Shown: positions 1 to 9,282, numbered from the stretch's first letter. The stretch is 49,063 nucleotides of DNA from Patescibacteria group bacterium (GCA_024239035.1 JANBVK010000001.1:572202-621264); one strand, 5' to 3'. Notes: a model not told the origin generated them from the letters alone. Numbers and translations are program-made.

Positions 1-762
1 GATGTTATCCTTTTAGATAAAGAGAATGGTGTTTTTGCGGTCTTCGACGGGATGGGCGGTCACGCGGCAGGAGAGATGGCGGCACAAGACGCCAAAGAAT
101 TTATTGCCGGCCGGCTCAAGGAAATTCCGGATGGTGCCTCTCCCCAAGAAATCGCGGAAGCGATGGAAAGCATTCTTATTGAAGCTAATAAGGAGATTTT
201 TGAAAAAGCAAAAACTGATCCGGACCAATATAGTGGGATGGGTACAACTGCCTCAGTTGTAAAAGTTTGGGAGAGTGGCGATGAGAGAGAAGCGGTTATT
301 GGAAACGTCGGCGACAGCCGGGTGTATAAACTTTCAGCCGACGGTCATTTGGAACAAATTACGCTTGATGATGGGTATTGGCGGAATGAATTTGAAGATG
401 AAAGATTGCGTGAAATTCAGGGTAAGCTCAGTAATTTCACTGATCTTAGTGAGCTAAGCGGTGAAGAGCAAATGGTTTGGAATTTTGAGCACATAATCTC
501 TCAAGCTCTTGGTCCGAAAGAAGAAATCGTGCCGAGAATGCATACTACAAAGGTAAGAAAAGGAGAAAAATTACTTATTGTATCCGACGGCCTTGATAAT
601 CTTACCGATAAGAGAAAAGAAGAAATTTTAAGTCAGGCCGGAGGTCCGGAAGAAGCGGCTCAGTCCATGGTTAATGAGGCGAGAATTGCAAGTCGCGAGG
701 ATAGGAAAAAGAATCCCCACGCAAAACCAGATGACATGAGCGCGATAGTGGTGGAGTTTTAA
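1..762 (+). CDS. PP2C/PPM-family Ser/Thr protein phosphatase (5' truncated)
   Basis: Frame open from base 1 (DVILLDKENGVFAVFDGMGGHAAG); PP2C motifs DGMGG, NVGDSRVY, SDGL, DDMSAIVV. Confidence 0.9.
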   Translation, partial: DVILLDKENGVFAVFDGMGGHAAGEMAAQDAKEFIAGRLKEIPDGASPQEIAEAMESILIEANKEIFEKAKTDPDQYSGMGTTASVVKVWESGDEREAVIGNVGDSRVYKLSADGHLEQITLDDGYWRNEFEDERLREIQGKLSNFTDLSELSGEEQMVWNFEHIISQALGPKEEIVPRMHTTKVRKGEKLLIVSDGLDNLTDKRKEEILSQAGGPEEAAQSMVNEARIASREDRKKNPHAKPDDMSAIVVEF

Positions 763-789
763 TATCGGTTTTCCCAACCGAGGTTTATA

Positions 790-818
790 TTGACAAATGC
801 TTTGTCTTATGTTACCTT
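790..818 (+). promoter_or_regulatory. sigma70-type promoter
   Basis: TTGACA-17nt-TACCTT with TG extension, upstream of ORF 864. Confidence 0.55.
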
Positions 819-863
819 TGTAGTGGTATTATTGCTAATCTGTAACAAGAAAGGAGCACCGTC

Positions 864-1145
864 ATGGTTGACATGGTTGATAAAAATGAGAAACAGCTGG
901 GCGAGCTCTGGGGCGAGTTCTTGGCGCAGAAACCCACCAAAGATGATTTAATTCATGCTGTCAGGATTGTTCCGCATCTTCGGATGCGGGCATGGCAGTT
1001 GCTCATGAGCGGAGACGCTCCTGGGGGTCTTCCAACGGATAGAGAACTCGTCTCCCTCATGCAGGAGGTTGGTGAGCTCTATCACACCATTCGGCAGGAG
1101 CTCATCGAGCGGAACCCCGGGATAGAGGAGCTCACCGTCCCCTAA
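864..1145 (+). CDS. hypothetical protein (93 aa)
   Basis: AAGGAG SD before ATG, own promoter and terminator, protein-like composition. Confidence 0.65.
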   Translation: MVDMVDKNEKQLGELWGEFLAQKPTKDDLIHAVRIVPHLRMRAWQLLMSGDAPGGLPTDRELVSLMQEVGELYHTIRQELIERNPGIEELTVP

Positions 1146-1163
1146 CGGCTTATGTCTCCCAGT

Positions 1164-1198
1164 AAAGACCCCACGCAGAGCAACGCGTGGGGTTTTTC
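1164..1198 (+). terminator. intrinsic terminator
   Basis: ACCCCACGC/GCGTGGGGT stem followed by T run. Confidence 0.7.
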
Positions 1199-1288
1199 AT
1201 TTTACCTGCCGGCAGTGGGTTGATATGCGGATTTGCTGGTGTCTTCAGTTTGTCCACATATGTGGATGAAGTGAGGACGGTATATCTG

Positions 1289-1320
1289 AACGGCTCAACG
1301 GTGGGTGTCGTTGAGCCGTT
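1289..1320. repeat. palindromic repeat family A, copy 1
   Basis: AACGGCTCAACG-N8-CGTTGAGCCGTT; same arms at 9666, 14186, 35974. Confidence 0.85.
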
Positions 1321-1385
1321 TGGGTTTTTAGGCGAAAAAACGAGGTAGAATAAGGGTGTATAATTAATTTAGTGTGGAGGATTGG

Positions 1386-1406
1386 CCCGTTCGACAAACT
1401 CAGGGT
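1386..1406. repeat. REP-like repeat family B (TTCGAC..CTCA core)
   Basis: CCCG-TTCGACAAACTCA-GGG; related cores at 9283, 30843, 36433-36484, 40408. Confidence 0.6.
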
Positions 1407-1556
1407 AAAAAGAAGTAAAATTATTGTGCCTTGCCCGCCCGGAGCTTTACGCGAAAGAAGGGAGAATTGGATTCCCTTGACTTCTTACAAGATTTATGTT
1501 ATTTTGTACACAATGAAAAGAGGTGATGGCGGAAATAAAGAATTTAGTGAAAATTT

Positions 1557-2771
1557 ATGAATAAGCAAGAAAGTTTGGAACGAATAATAAAACATTTCAA
1601 GAATAAGGATTTTGATATCAGAAAAAAGCATCCTGGTCATTCTCGTTTTATGGATCAAAAGGTGACGCCTGATGTGTTGCAATTTATTGCAGAGTGCATA
1701 ATCCAGTATACAGGGAGCGTTCCAGGGCCCTTTACCTCACCAGAAATAGAACACTCTGATTACTTTGTTAAAAATGTAACACGAACATTCAATAAGCCGA
1801 CTCCAAAAGATAAACGTACAAAACATGAATACGATAAATGGCCTGCACAAATAATCCAGACACTTAGATTTGCGAAAGTTCTTGAGGAACACGGCAAAAA
1901 AGGTCGCGCAGTTGCATATGTGGTAACCGAATCTGAAATTCTAGAATATATCTCTTTACGATCTCAAAATGCCTATACTTTTCTATTTTATTATTTAACT
2001 AAATTACTGAAAGATAGTGGATTCTACAAGCACTTCGAGCGTTATCGTGACCTCTACGTTGCAGGAAAATTAGATAAAGCCGACTTTTATGATTTTAAAA
2101 AACGTTTCAAAAGATTTATTTTTGCGTATACCGAAATTAAAAAAGATTACGAACCACGTAGAATTTTTCCCAAAGTGATAAACGTTTTAGCATCAGAGCA
2201 CCGTATTCCTGGCACTATTCATGGGCACATGAGTAAGTTTCCCTTTATGATGAGTGATTTAATTTATAACCGAATTAATTTTAGAGATAAAGACAAATCA
2301 AAACACATATCTCGTCAAGAACAAAAGGAGCAAGAAAAAGATACAAAACAACGTAATAAATCTGTATATCGTATATCCAAAGCAAAAAAACGTATTAAGG
2401 AATTACATACTCAAAGTGAGATAAAAGATCAATGGTCAACCGGTAAGGCAACGCAGATACATCATATATTTCCGGAAAAGGAATTTCTACAGCTTGCGGA
2501 TCGTCTAGAAAATCTTATACGCTTAACTGCTACTCAACACAACGAGAAAGCACATCCGAACAACGATACTTCAGTTATTGATCGGGAGTATCAATATATT
2601 TGCTTGATTGAAAAATCCTATAGCGTTGAGGAATCTATCAAAAAAGGAGAATTTGATTATTCACGAGAATCATTTATTGGTGTTATAAACGCTGGGCTTA
2701 AGCAAAACATACCTTATGATTCTTCTTTTGAAGAAATCCGTACAGCGCTTAAAAAGATTTATAGCGCTTAG
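1557..2771 (+). CDS. HNH-family type II(S) restriction endonuclease, HpyAV/Hin4II-like
   Basis: C-terminal HHIFP...NLIRLTATQHNEKAH HNH motif; convergent 4-nt overlap with dual methyltransferase. Confidence 0.75.
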   Translation: MNKQESLERIIKHFKNKDFDIRKKHPGHSRFMDQKVTPDVLQFIAECIIQYTGSVPGPFTSPEIEHSDYFVKNVTRTFNKPTPKDKRTKHEYDKWPAQIIQTLRFAKVLEEHGKKGRAVAYVVTESEILEYISLRSQNAYTFLFYYLTKLLKDSGFYKHFERYRDLYVAGKLDKADFYDFKKRFKRFIFAYTEIKKDYEPRRIFPKVINVLASEHRIPGTIHGHMSKFPFMMSDLIYNRINFRDKDKSKHISRQEQKEQEKDTKQRNKSVYRISKAKKRIKELHTQSEIKDQWSTGKATQIHHIFPEKEFLQLADRLENLIRLTATQHNEKAHPNNDTSVIDREYQYICLIEKSYSVEESIKKGEFDYSRESFIGVINAGLKQNIPYDSSFEEIRTALKKIYSA

Positions 2772-5290
2772 CACCTAACTCCAAAAAAGAATACAGAGTT
2801 ATTATCTATGTTGAGAGAGCGCGTCCCGTAATTTCTTGCAACTCTATAGAACTCTACAAACTCTTCAGAATTGTAGTAAGCGAGATCTTTTTCAGTAATC
2901 TTAACTTTTTCTTTTGGTATCAAAATCGCTACGGAACCATCAACTATCGTGTTTTCCGGTAAAAAACAAGCTCGGGGGTTATAAGTAAGATTAGGAATGA
3001 GTACTGCATCGTTGTGATTAATGTATTTTGCAATAACCAGATCGTCATACCTATCCACATATGAGTCGTACTCTGGAATATTCACAATCTGATTACTTCC
3101 TATATTTCTTGATTTAAGCACACGAACACGCCCACTCAACCGTGTTATTTTTTTAGTTATTTGTCTATCTCTGTATGCAGTGAAAATTCCGAAACGAAGT
3201 TTCGAGGCGACGTTATCGAAAAAGTTGTCTCTATAAACCAGCCAATAAGGAAACTCTTGAGAACAAATATAATTTTGTTCTCTAAAACTAATCTCATTTT
3301 TTATATAAGATTCAACTAAAGTTCTGTTATCAACTCCGATTTCCTTTGTATTGATAATAAGACTTATTGTCTCAATTTTTACACCCCTAAATCCTTTCTC
3401 CCCATAATCAATAATTTTCTCAATAGCGAATTGTGATACGAATTTGCGGGTGTCGTTGAATTCTGGGGTCGAGAGGAAACTCTTCGGAATAATTAACGCA
3501 ACTATATCTGCATGATAGATGGCTTTTTCTAAGAAGAACGAAAACAAGTTGTTTGTTTTTTTGTTGTTTTTTCCTTTTTTGTATTCAGACAAGAGAGTAT
3601 TGTTGTCTGTAAGTTTTCCGAAAGGAGGATTGCCAACCACTATATCATAATGGATATCTTCATTGGCAAATAACCCATTTTGTCCGAACAATAAGAAGTC
3701 CTCATTTAGAAAATTTATTTTTATATTTTGAGGAATCTCTAGTTTACGAATTAGAATTTTTAGAATATCAATTGCATTTTTATCTATATCAACGACATCT
3801 ATCTCTACGTTTGGAACAGATTTATATTTTTCAATGAGAAGTGGAAGAAAATTGCCTGCTCCGACGGACGGTTCCAGAATTCTCACTGATGAATAGTTAG
3901 ATGCATCTGGTAAGTCCTTAATTATAGTGAAGCAAATATCCTGTCGTGTGTAATAAGCGGCGTGTTTGAATCTGTGAGCATTTGCTAGCTCAATAATCTT
4001 TGTTAATTCAGAAAAAGAATAATTTTCAAGATTCTTCTTCAAGAAAACTTTTAGATTTACCAGATTGCTTAGTTGTTTGCTTGCAATGAGTTTTTCGACA
4101 TCTTTCTCACCAAGTGTTTTGCTTTGGATTGCCGTTTTTATATTCTTGGCGATTTGATTAAAGATAGAAGTAGGAACAGCTTCACCGAGCGATTGGCGAA
4201 TATTCATTTCCTCTTTTTTCAAAAATTTCCGTTTTTGTTCTACTGTTAAATTATTCAACTCTTTTTCTGGAATGTCGGTCCATTTAAATGAATTAGGAAC
4301 AGACATCAATTTCATTAATTCCCTAATACTGAAAACCCGGTTATCTACTGGGTGCACTGTTGCTTGACTTGCCAGAATATCATTTCTGGTATGCACACAA
4401 GTACCGGGCTTATCCCAAAAGCAACGAGTATATTTATCTCCGTTTTTCTTTATGTTAGGGACAATCTTCCCATTTATAATCTTATGTGGACGTCTTTCAG
4501 GCTCTTTGTTATCGAAAGCAGACTCTCCTTCCTTTATTTTCTCAATCCAAGGGAGCATGCGTTTGGCATATGGACGAAAATTATGATAGATATCTCCCTT
4601 TTGGACTTCGCCCATCATCTTAAGTGACGGGAGATCACCAATTACCTTATGAATAGTTCTTTCTGGTTGTAGCGCCGGAATAAAGTCGAGAGGAGTTACT
4701 TCCTGTAAATCTTTACGTACACCCAAAACCAAAGTTCTAGTTCTGCTAGACGGATTGCCGTAATCCTTGAAGTTTATTATTTGGTAATGAATGTTGTATT
4801 TTCCTCCGAGATTTAATTCAATTGTCTCTCTGATTTTTTTATCTTTTCCATCAATGTCAGTGCAAAGACTATTTAAAAATGCTCTCACGTTTTCAAAAAT
4901 AAAGAATTTTGGCCTTATTTCATCCACAAGTTTAATAGACTCAACAACAAGGGAATTGCGAGCTAATTCGTTCCCCTTTTTATGATTTGCAACAGACATT
5001 CCCTGACAAGGAGGTGTTGCAATTAGGATGTCGAGTTCTTTAATTCCATGCTTTATCTTCCAAAATTCAAGTTCTTTTCTGATTTTGTCTTTAGTTTCTT
5101 TCTTAATAATATCGTCGGTTATATAACCGTTCTCGTAAAAGCATTTATTGTTGTGTTTTTGTATTTTCAATCGCCGTTCAATGAATTCAACGCTCGCAAC
5201 ACATTCAAAATTCTCAAGTTTAAATCCGTAGCAACCTACTCCCGCACCACTAAAAAGACTTATATAAGTTAAGGGTGTTTTTGGAATCAT
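2768..5290 (-). CDS. fused C5-cytosine + amino(N6-adenine) DNA methyltransferase
   Basis: N-half FSGAGVG, PPCQ, ENV, SRTR (m5C motifs); C-half LEPSVGAGNF and NPPF (amino-MTase motifs). Confidence 0.9.
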   Translation of the reverse strand: MIPKTPLTYISLFSGAGVGCYGFKLENFECVASVEFIERRLKIQKHNNKCFYENGYITDDIIKKETKDKIRKELEFWKIKHGIKELDILIATPPCQGMSVANHKKGNELARNSLVVESIKLVDEIRPKFFIFENVRAFLNSLCTDIDGKDKKIRETIELNLGGKYNIHYQIINFKDYGNPSSRTRTLVLGVRKDLQEVTPLDFIPALQPERTIHKVIGDLPSLKMMGEVQKGDIYHNFRPYAKRMLPWIEKIKEGESAFDNKEPERRPHKIINGKIVPNIKKNGDKYTRCFWDKPGTCVHTRNDILASQATVHPVDNRVFSIRELMKLMSVPNSFKWTDIPEKELNNLTVEQKRKFLKKEEMNIRQSLGEAVPTSIFNQIAKNIKTAIQSKTLGEKDVEKLIASKQLSNLVNLKVFLKKNLENYSFSELTKIIELANAHRFKHAAYYTRQDICFTIIKDLPDASNYSSVRILEPSVGAGNFLPLLIEKYKSVPNVEIDVVDIDKNAIDILKILIRKLEIPQNIKINFLNEDFLLFGQNGLFANEDIHYDIVVGNPPFGKLTDNNTLLSEYKKGKNNKKTNNLFSFFLEKAIYHADIVALIIPKSFLSTPEFNDTRKFVSQFAIEKIIDYGEKGFRGVKIETISLIINTKEIGVDNRTLVESYIKNEISFREQNYICSQEFPYWLVYRDNFFDNVASKLRFGIFTAYRDRQITKKITRLSGRVRVLKSRNIGSNQIVNIPEYDSYVDRYDDLVIAKYINHNDAVLIPNLTYNPRACFLPENTIVDGSVAILIPKEKVKITEKDLAYYNSEEFVEFYRVARNYGTRSLNIDNNSVFFFGVRC

Positions 5291-5291
5291 A

Positions 5292-5891
5292 TTATTTTAT
5301 TTTTCTTAGAATATTAGTAACCCTCCCTTTTATCTCAATATTCTTTTCATAAAAAGGCTTCATTGTCGGATTCGCCGGTTGCAGTTTCCATTTATTTTTA
5401 AGGCGGTAGATTTTTTTCAATGTTGCCTCGTTTTTGTCAGGTAAGTACGCCACGGCAGTTTCGCCGTCGTTGATTTGATTTTGTTCCCGGACTATTACGG
5501 TGTCGCCGTCAAAAATACCCTCGCCGATCATACTGTCGCCTTGTACTTTTAAAGCATAATGTCGGCCGCTACGGGAAAGCATTCTTTTCGAAACCTGAAT
5601 CGGTTCCGGATTTTCAATCGGTTCAATCGGCTCACCAGCAGTGATGACACCAAGTAAGGGAATCTCAACTAAGCCGTTTGATCGGTCATTGTAAATTGTG
5701 GCGGATCTTGGTTGGTGTTCTTGTCGGTCGAGATAACCTTTCTTTTTTAAATTTTCTAAATGTTCATGTACGGTTGCCACAGAAGAAACACCAAGATGTT
5801 CTGCAATTTCTTCCATAGAGGGGGAGTAGCTGTTCTTTTTGGAGTACTTTTTTATAAAATCAAGAATTTGTTTCTGGCGTTTTGTGAGCAT
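5292..5891 (-). CDS. lexA: SOS repressor LexA
   Basis: LTKRQKQIL...PSMEEIAEHLG wHTH, Ala-Gly cleavage site (TAGEP), catalytic GDSM Ser and TLKK Lys. Confidence 0.93.
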   Translation of the reverse strand: MLTKRQKQILDFIKKYSKKNSYSPSMEEIAEHLGVSSVATVHEHLENLKKKGYLDRQEHQPRSATIYNDRSNGLVEIPLLGVITAGEPIEPIENPEPIQVSKRMLSRSGRHYALKVQGDSMIGEGIFDGDTVIVREQNQINDGETAVAYLPDKNEATLKKIYRLKNKWKLQPANPTMKPFYEKNIEIKGRVTNILRKIK

Positions 5892-5912
5892 AATTTAATA
5901 TTCCTCATTAAC

Positions 5913-6006
5913 ATTATACCCGAAGGTAAACCGAAAGTTATCCACAGGTAATAAACAGTTAAATCGCATAGTTTCGGTTTATTTTCGGGCCCATCTGTGC
6001 TATAAT
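5913..6006. promoter_or_regulatory. divergent promoters with two putative LexA boxes and a DnaA-type box
   Basis: TATAAT on - strand (5913-5918) and TG-c-TATAAT on + (6001-6006); CCCGAA-RRTAAA-CCGAAA at 5919-5936 (+) and 5972-5989 (-); TTATCCACA 5938-5946. Confidence 0.65.
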
Positions 6007-6080
6007 GGTAGAAGAAAGGTCGTAGGCTGCGCCACCGGCGGCCCAAATTATTAATCAAGCAGGTGGGTGAATATAGCAAG

Positions 6081-6344
6081 ATGAGCGAATGGTACAATTT
6101 CCCAGGTGACGTTAGTAATGCGCCTACTGACGAGGGCGTCTACATGTTAGCGGCTGGCAGGATTATAGTATACGTTGGGAGAGCCGATAATCTTCGCGAG
6201 AGATTATCGCAGCATCCGGACTCAAACAATCCTTGTTTACAGAGGAAAAATATCAGTTACTTCGCGTATGAAGTAACTGGTGATTCTCAAAGGCGAGAAC
6301 AGGAATTGATTGACCGGCATAACCCAGAGTGCAACCGCACTTAA
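6081..6344 (+). CDS. stand-alone GIY-YIG nuclease-family protein
   Basis: GVY..YVGRADNLRERL..REQELI..P.CN; ATG 6081 preferred over GTG 6063. Confidence 0.8.
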   Translation: MSEWYNFPGDVSNAPTDEGVYMLAAGRIIVYVGRADNLRERLSQHPDSNNPCLQRKNISYFAYEVTGDSQRREQELIDRHNPECNRT

Positions 6345-6351
6345 AAAGAGA

Positions 6352-6385
6352 AGCGAGGGTTTGCCGGTTTCCCGGCACCCTCGCT
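6352..6385. terminator. GC-rich hairpin / possible terminator
   Basis: AGCGAGGGT-TGCCGG/CCGGCA-CCCTCGCT stem; weak T tail. Confidence 0.45.
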
Positions 6386-6442
6386 CCCCACGCTTTAATT
6401 ATAACAAAAGGTCGGAGATTTATTTAGAGAATAATAAAAAGT

Positions 6443-6748
6443 ATGCGCAAAAAATTCGGTCCACTCAAAAGTATAAATAAGGCCAATCTTAAAAAAGTAC
6501 CGAAAGATCAGCCGGGCGTTTATGGGATTTTTGCAAGTAGTGGTAGTGTGCAAAAAATTGGCAGAGCTAAGAAAGGTAGATTACCAATTAGAATTAAAGA
6601 AAGTTCTCAAGAAGTTAAAAACTCAAAGAAACAAGCTAAAAAGTTTGCTTTTATTCCCACTCTGACAGTGGAAGATGCTAAAAAGCTGGAAACAAGATTA
6701 ATCCGGAGTAGGAAGCCACCATTCAATAAGGAAAAGAAAGGTAAATAA
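6443..6748 (+). CDS. basic GIY-YIG-like protein
   Basis: PGVYGIF..KIGRA..RL..RI..LETRLI..PPFN; second Tyr replaced by Lys. Confidence 0.7.
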   Translation: MRKKFGPLKSINKANLKKVPKDQPGVYGIFASSGSVQKIGRAKKGRLPIRIKESSQEVKNSKKQAKKFAFIPTLTVEDAKKLETRLIRSRKPPFNKEKKGK

Positions 6749-6790
6749 GATACCTAAAAATCTAAAGAAAAAGCTGATAGAATACTATTT

Positions 6791-7741
6791 ATGAATAAAG
6801 AATTAGGAAAGATCAAAAGAGCGGATTTACGAGAAATTTTTAAGGATGAGGCGCGCGATTTTACTCCATGGCTCCAAAAGAATGTTGGTCAGCTTTCTGA
6901 TGTTTTAGGTATAGAAATTGGCGAGATTCGGAGAGAGGAAGGTGTGGGAAATTTTAACTGTGACTTAATAGCCATCGAGACGAATAGCGAAGATAAGATC
7001 GTTATTGAGAATCAACTAGAGTCAACTAATCATGACCATCTCGGTAAATTAATTACTTATGCCTCAGGCGTAGAAGCGAAATACGTCGTCTGGGTTTCTA
7101 AAAGGATAAGAGAAGAACATCAAAAAGCTCTTGAATGGCTTAACGAGAATTCAGGGACCACCACAGTCTATTTCGGCATTGAAGTGTCAGTTATAACTAT
7201 CGATGATTCGAAACCAGCTGTCAGTCTTAAAGTTGTAGTAGAACCAAATACCTGGAGTAAGGAGTTAAAACAGAAAACTGAAAAAATAGATGAACGGCAC
7301 CAAAAATATCTACAATTTTTCACTCGTTTAGTATCAGAATATGAAAAAGTTAAGCCAGAATGGGGTCATTTAACATCTCAACCAAGCTCTTGGCTTCAAT
7401 TCGGCGCTGGTAAGGCAGGATTTAGTTTTGTGTGGGCATTTAGAGGGAGTAATAGATTTGATATTGAGTTATATATTGATACTAAAGATAAAGAAGAAAC
7501 AAAAAATTATTTTGCAGAATTATCAAAATTCAAAAAAGAAATAGATTCCCAGATACCAGATTTAAGTTGGGAAGAACTTCCGGAACGTCGAGGTTCCAGA
7601 ATTGCTCTCTATTTTCAAATGCCAACATCTGCTAGAAATATGAATGATGATCAGATGAATCAATTAATAATTTGGGCCATAGAAAAAATGGATCTATTCA
7701 AGAAAATCTTTCCGAAATATATTCAAAAATTTGGGAATTAA
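6791..7741 (+). CDS. DUF4268-domain protein with N-terminal NucS-like PD-(D/E)xK domain
   Basis: EARDFTPWL, D..IVIENQL..TNHDHLGKLITYASG; C-terminal IELYID..LSWEELP..SRI. Confidence 0.8.
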   Translation: MNKELGKIKRADLREIFKDEARDFTPWLQKNVGQLSDVLGIEIGEIRREEGVGNFNCDLIAIETNSEDKIVIENQLESTNHDHLGKLITYASGVEAKYVVWVSKRIREEHQKALEWLNENSGTTTVYFGIEVSVITIDDSKPAVSLKVVVEPNTWSKELKQKTEKIDERHQKYLQFFTRLVSEYEKVKPEWGHLTSQPSSWLQFGAGKAGFSFVWAFRGSNRFDIELYIDTKDKEETKNYFAELSKFKKEIDSQIPDLSWEELPERRGSRIALYFQMPTSARNMNDDQMNQLIIWAIEKMDLFKKIFPKYIQKFGN

Positions 7742-7781
7742 CTAATCCGTCGTGATTCAAAAGAGGGGCTAAAGATTAATT

Positions 7782-8588
7782 ATGGGAACTACCACCAAAG
7801 TGTTTGAGCTTATTCCTCTTAACTGGGAAGCATTAGCAGCTATAGCTACATTTTTTGCTGTTATTTTTGCTTTTTATCAACATCGTTCGTATTTAAAACA
7901 AGAAGAAAAGAAGATAAAACGAGATGTAGCTAAAGAAATTGTTATACCAATAAGAAAGAGACTATCGGAATTTCTTAATTATTCTCTATCCGATAATCGG
8001 TATTACAGAAGTTTTTGGCAAGATTTAGAAAAGTTGAAAAGGGAGTTTCCCTTCCAATATCAATCCCTAGAACCAGACATTAGGCAGTTGACAGAAGACT
8101 TTAATATTCGGTTTAGACGTTTTGGTCATCTAAGTATGCAATTACAGCCCCAATTTTTAAAAATTATTAGTGAGTGTCTTAAAAATTTTTTAGATCAAAA
8201 CAAAATATCGTATCAATTAAATAGTGAAATAGATCCTCCTTCTATGGATGATTATGCTAACGCGCATTGGCGTTGTTCTGTCGGGGGGAAAGAACGTTCG
8301 GTTACTTTATACGCTTTGGTAATGAGAAACATAAGTTTTCAAAAGTATCTTAATGAGAGACAAAAAGACGTTGATTTACCGGATACAACAATTGGGAGTA
8401 TTGTATTTAACATTCCTGAAATGAGAAGTGTCGATTTAGATAAAATGCAATCAAATAAACTATTATCTGAAATCGGTTTACAAATAACTAAAGAAAAAGA
8501 TTTACGAGATTATAGAAAAGATTGGAAAAATCTACACGAGGCGGGGCAATACTTGTTAATAAAATTTAATTCTTGGCTATCTTTTTAA
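7782..8588 (+). CDS. hypothetical protein with N-terminal TM helix
   Basis: 268-aa ORF, WEALAAIATFFAVIFAFY hydrophobic segment, AT-rich. Confidence 0.7.
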   Translation: MGTTTKVFELIPLNWEALAAIATFFAVIFAFYQHRSYLKQEEKKIKRDVAKEIVIPIRKRLSEFLNYSLSDNRYYRSFWQDLEKLKREFPFQYQSLEPDIRQLTEDFNIRFRRFGHLSMQLQPQFLKIISECLKNFLDQNKISYQLNSEIDPPSMDDYANAHWRCSVGGKERSVTLYALVMRNISFQKYLNERQKDVDLPDTTIGSIVFNIPEMRSVDLDKMQSNKLLSEIGLQITKEKDLRDYRKDWKNLHEAGQYLLIKFNSWLSF

Positions 8589-8637
8589 TGCGAAGATCTT
8601 AACTAAAAAGTTAAAGAAATGATTGGGAAATGAATTT

Positions 8638-8820
8638 ATGAACAATAAACTTATAAAGAGGAAGATAATTAATAATACAGAGTATCTATTTAGACAGAAA
8701 TACGGGGTTTTTAGTATTTATAAAACAGATAAGAACGTTACACAAATGCATAAAATGCAAGAAGTTTTTAAATCACGCAACGAAAGTGAGGCAAGAGAAT
8801 ACTGGAAAAACATTAAATAA
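8638..8820 (+). CDS. small hypothetical protein
   Basis: 60-aa ORF from ATG 8638, co-oriented in island. Confidence 0.45.
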   Translation: MNNKLIKRKIINNTEYLFRQKYGVFSIYKTDKNVTQMHKMQEVFKSRNESEAREYWKNIK

Positions 8821-8955
8821 GATAATTTTTGTACAACATATTAAATATTTACCAACAAAAAATTAGGGGGGTTGATTTTTGCGTGGATGTGCTAGGCTAA
8901 TAATAGTACCGAGAGGAAATGTAGTTCACCCTACAACACGCGATGGAGGTGCGTG

Positions 8956-9165
8956 ATGAGTATGCCGAAGGATGGCAAATTTCGGAAACCTTCGTTCAGC
9001 AACATCGATCCTGTTCCGTACTGCGTCACGGTGGCGCGGACGGGAGACGGTCACGTTCTCGTGAAGCATTCGCAAGCCCCGGAGTCGGCGGAGCCGCAGG
9101 AGTACACCGAAGCGGAGTGGAAGGCGTTCACGGATGGAGTCAAGGCAGGCGAGTTCGACATCTGA
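8956..9165 (+). CDS. DUF397-family protein
   Basis: FRKPSFS..CVTVA..VLVKHS..EWKAFTDGVKAGEFD matches DUF397 pattern; GGAGGT SD. Confidence 0.85.
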   Translation: MSMPKDGKFRKPSFSNIDPVPYCVTVARTGDGHVLVKHSQAPESAEPQEYTEAEWKAFTDGVKAGEFDI

Positions 9166-9192
9166 GCTCATCCCGTCGCAGTAGCAGTTCCA

Positions 9193-9225
9193 AGAGGGCG
9201 ACCCAGAGTCGCCCTCTATCTTTTT
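9193..9225 (+). terminator. intrinsic terminator
   Basis: AGAGGGCGAC/GTCGCCCTCT 10-bp stem, T run. Confidence 0.7.
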
Positions 9226-9282
9226 GTAAAATTTCGAAAGATTTTGGGGTAGAATAGATTTATGGAATCGTCCAGCAAAAAA

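Noticed and set aside
1372..1560. 62-aa ORF upstream of the REase (possible C-protein)
   Set aside because: No HTH; the sequence is largely translated repeat units (PFDKLRV, CPPGALRER)
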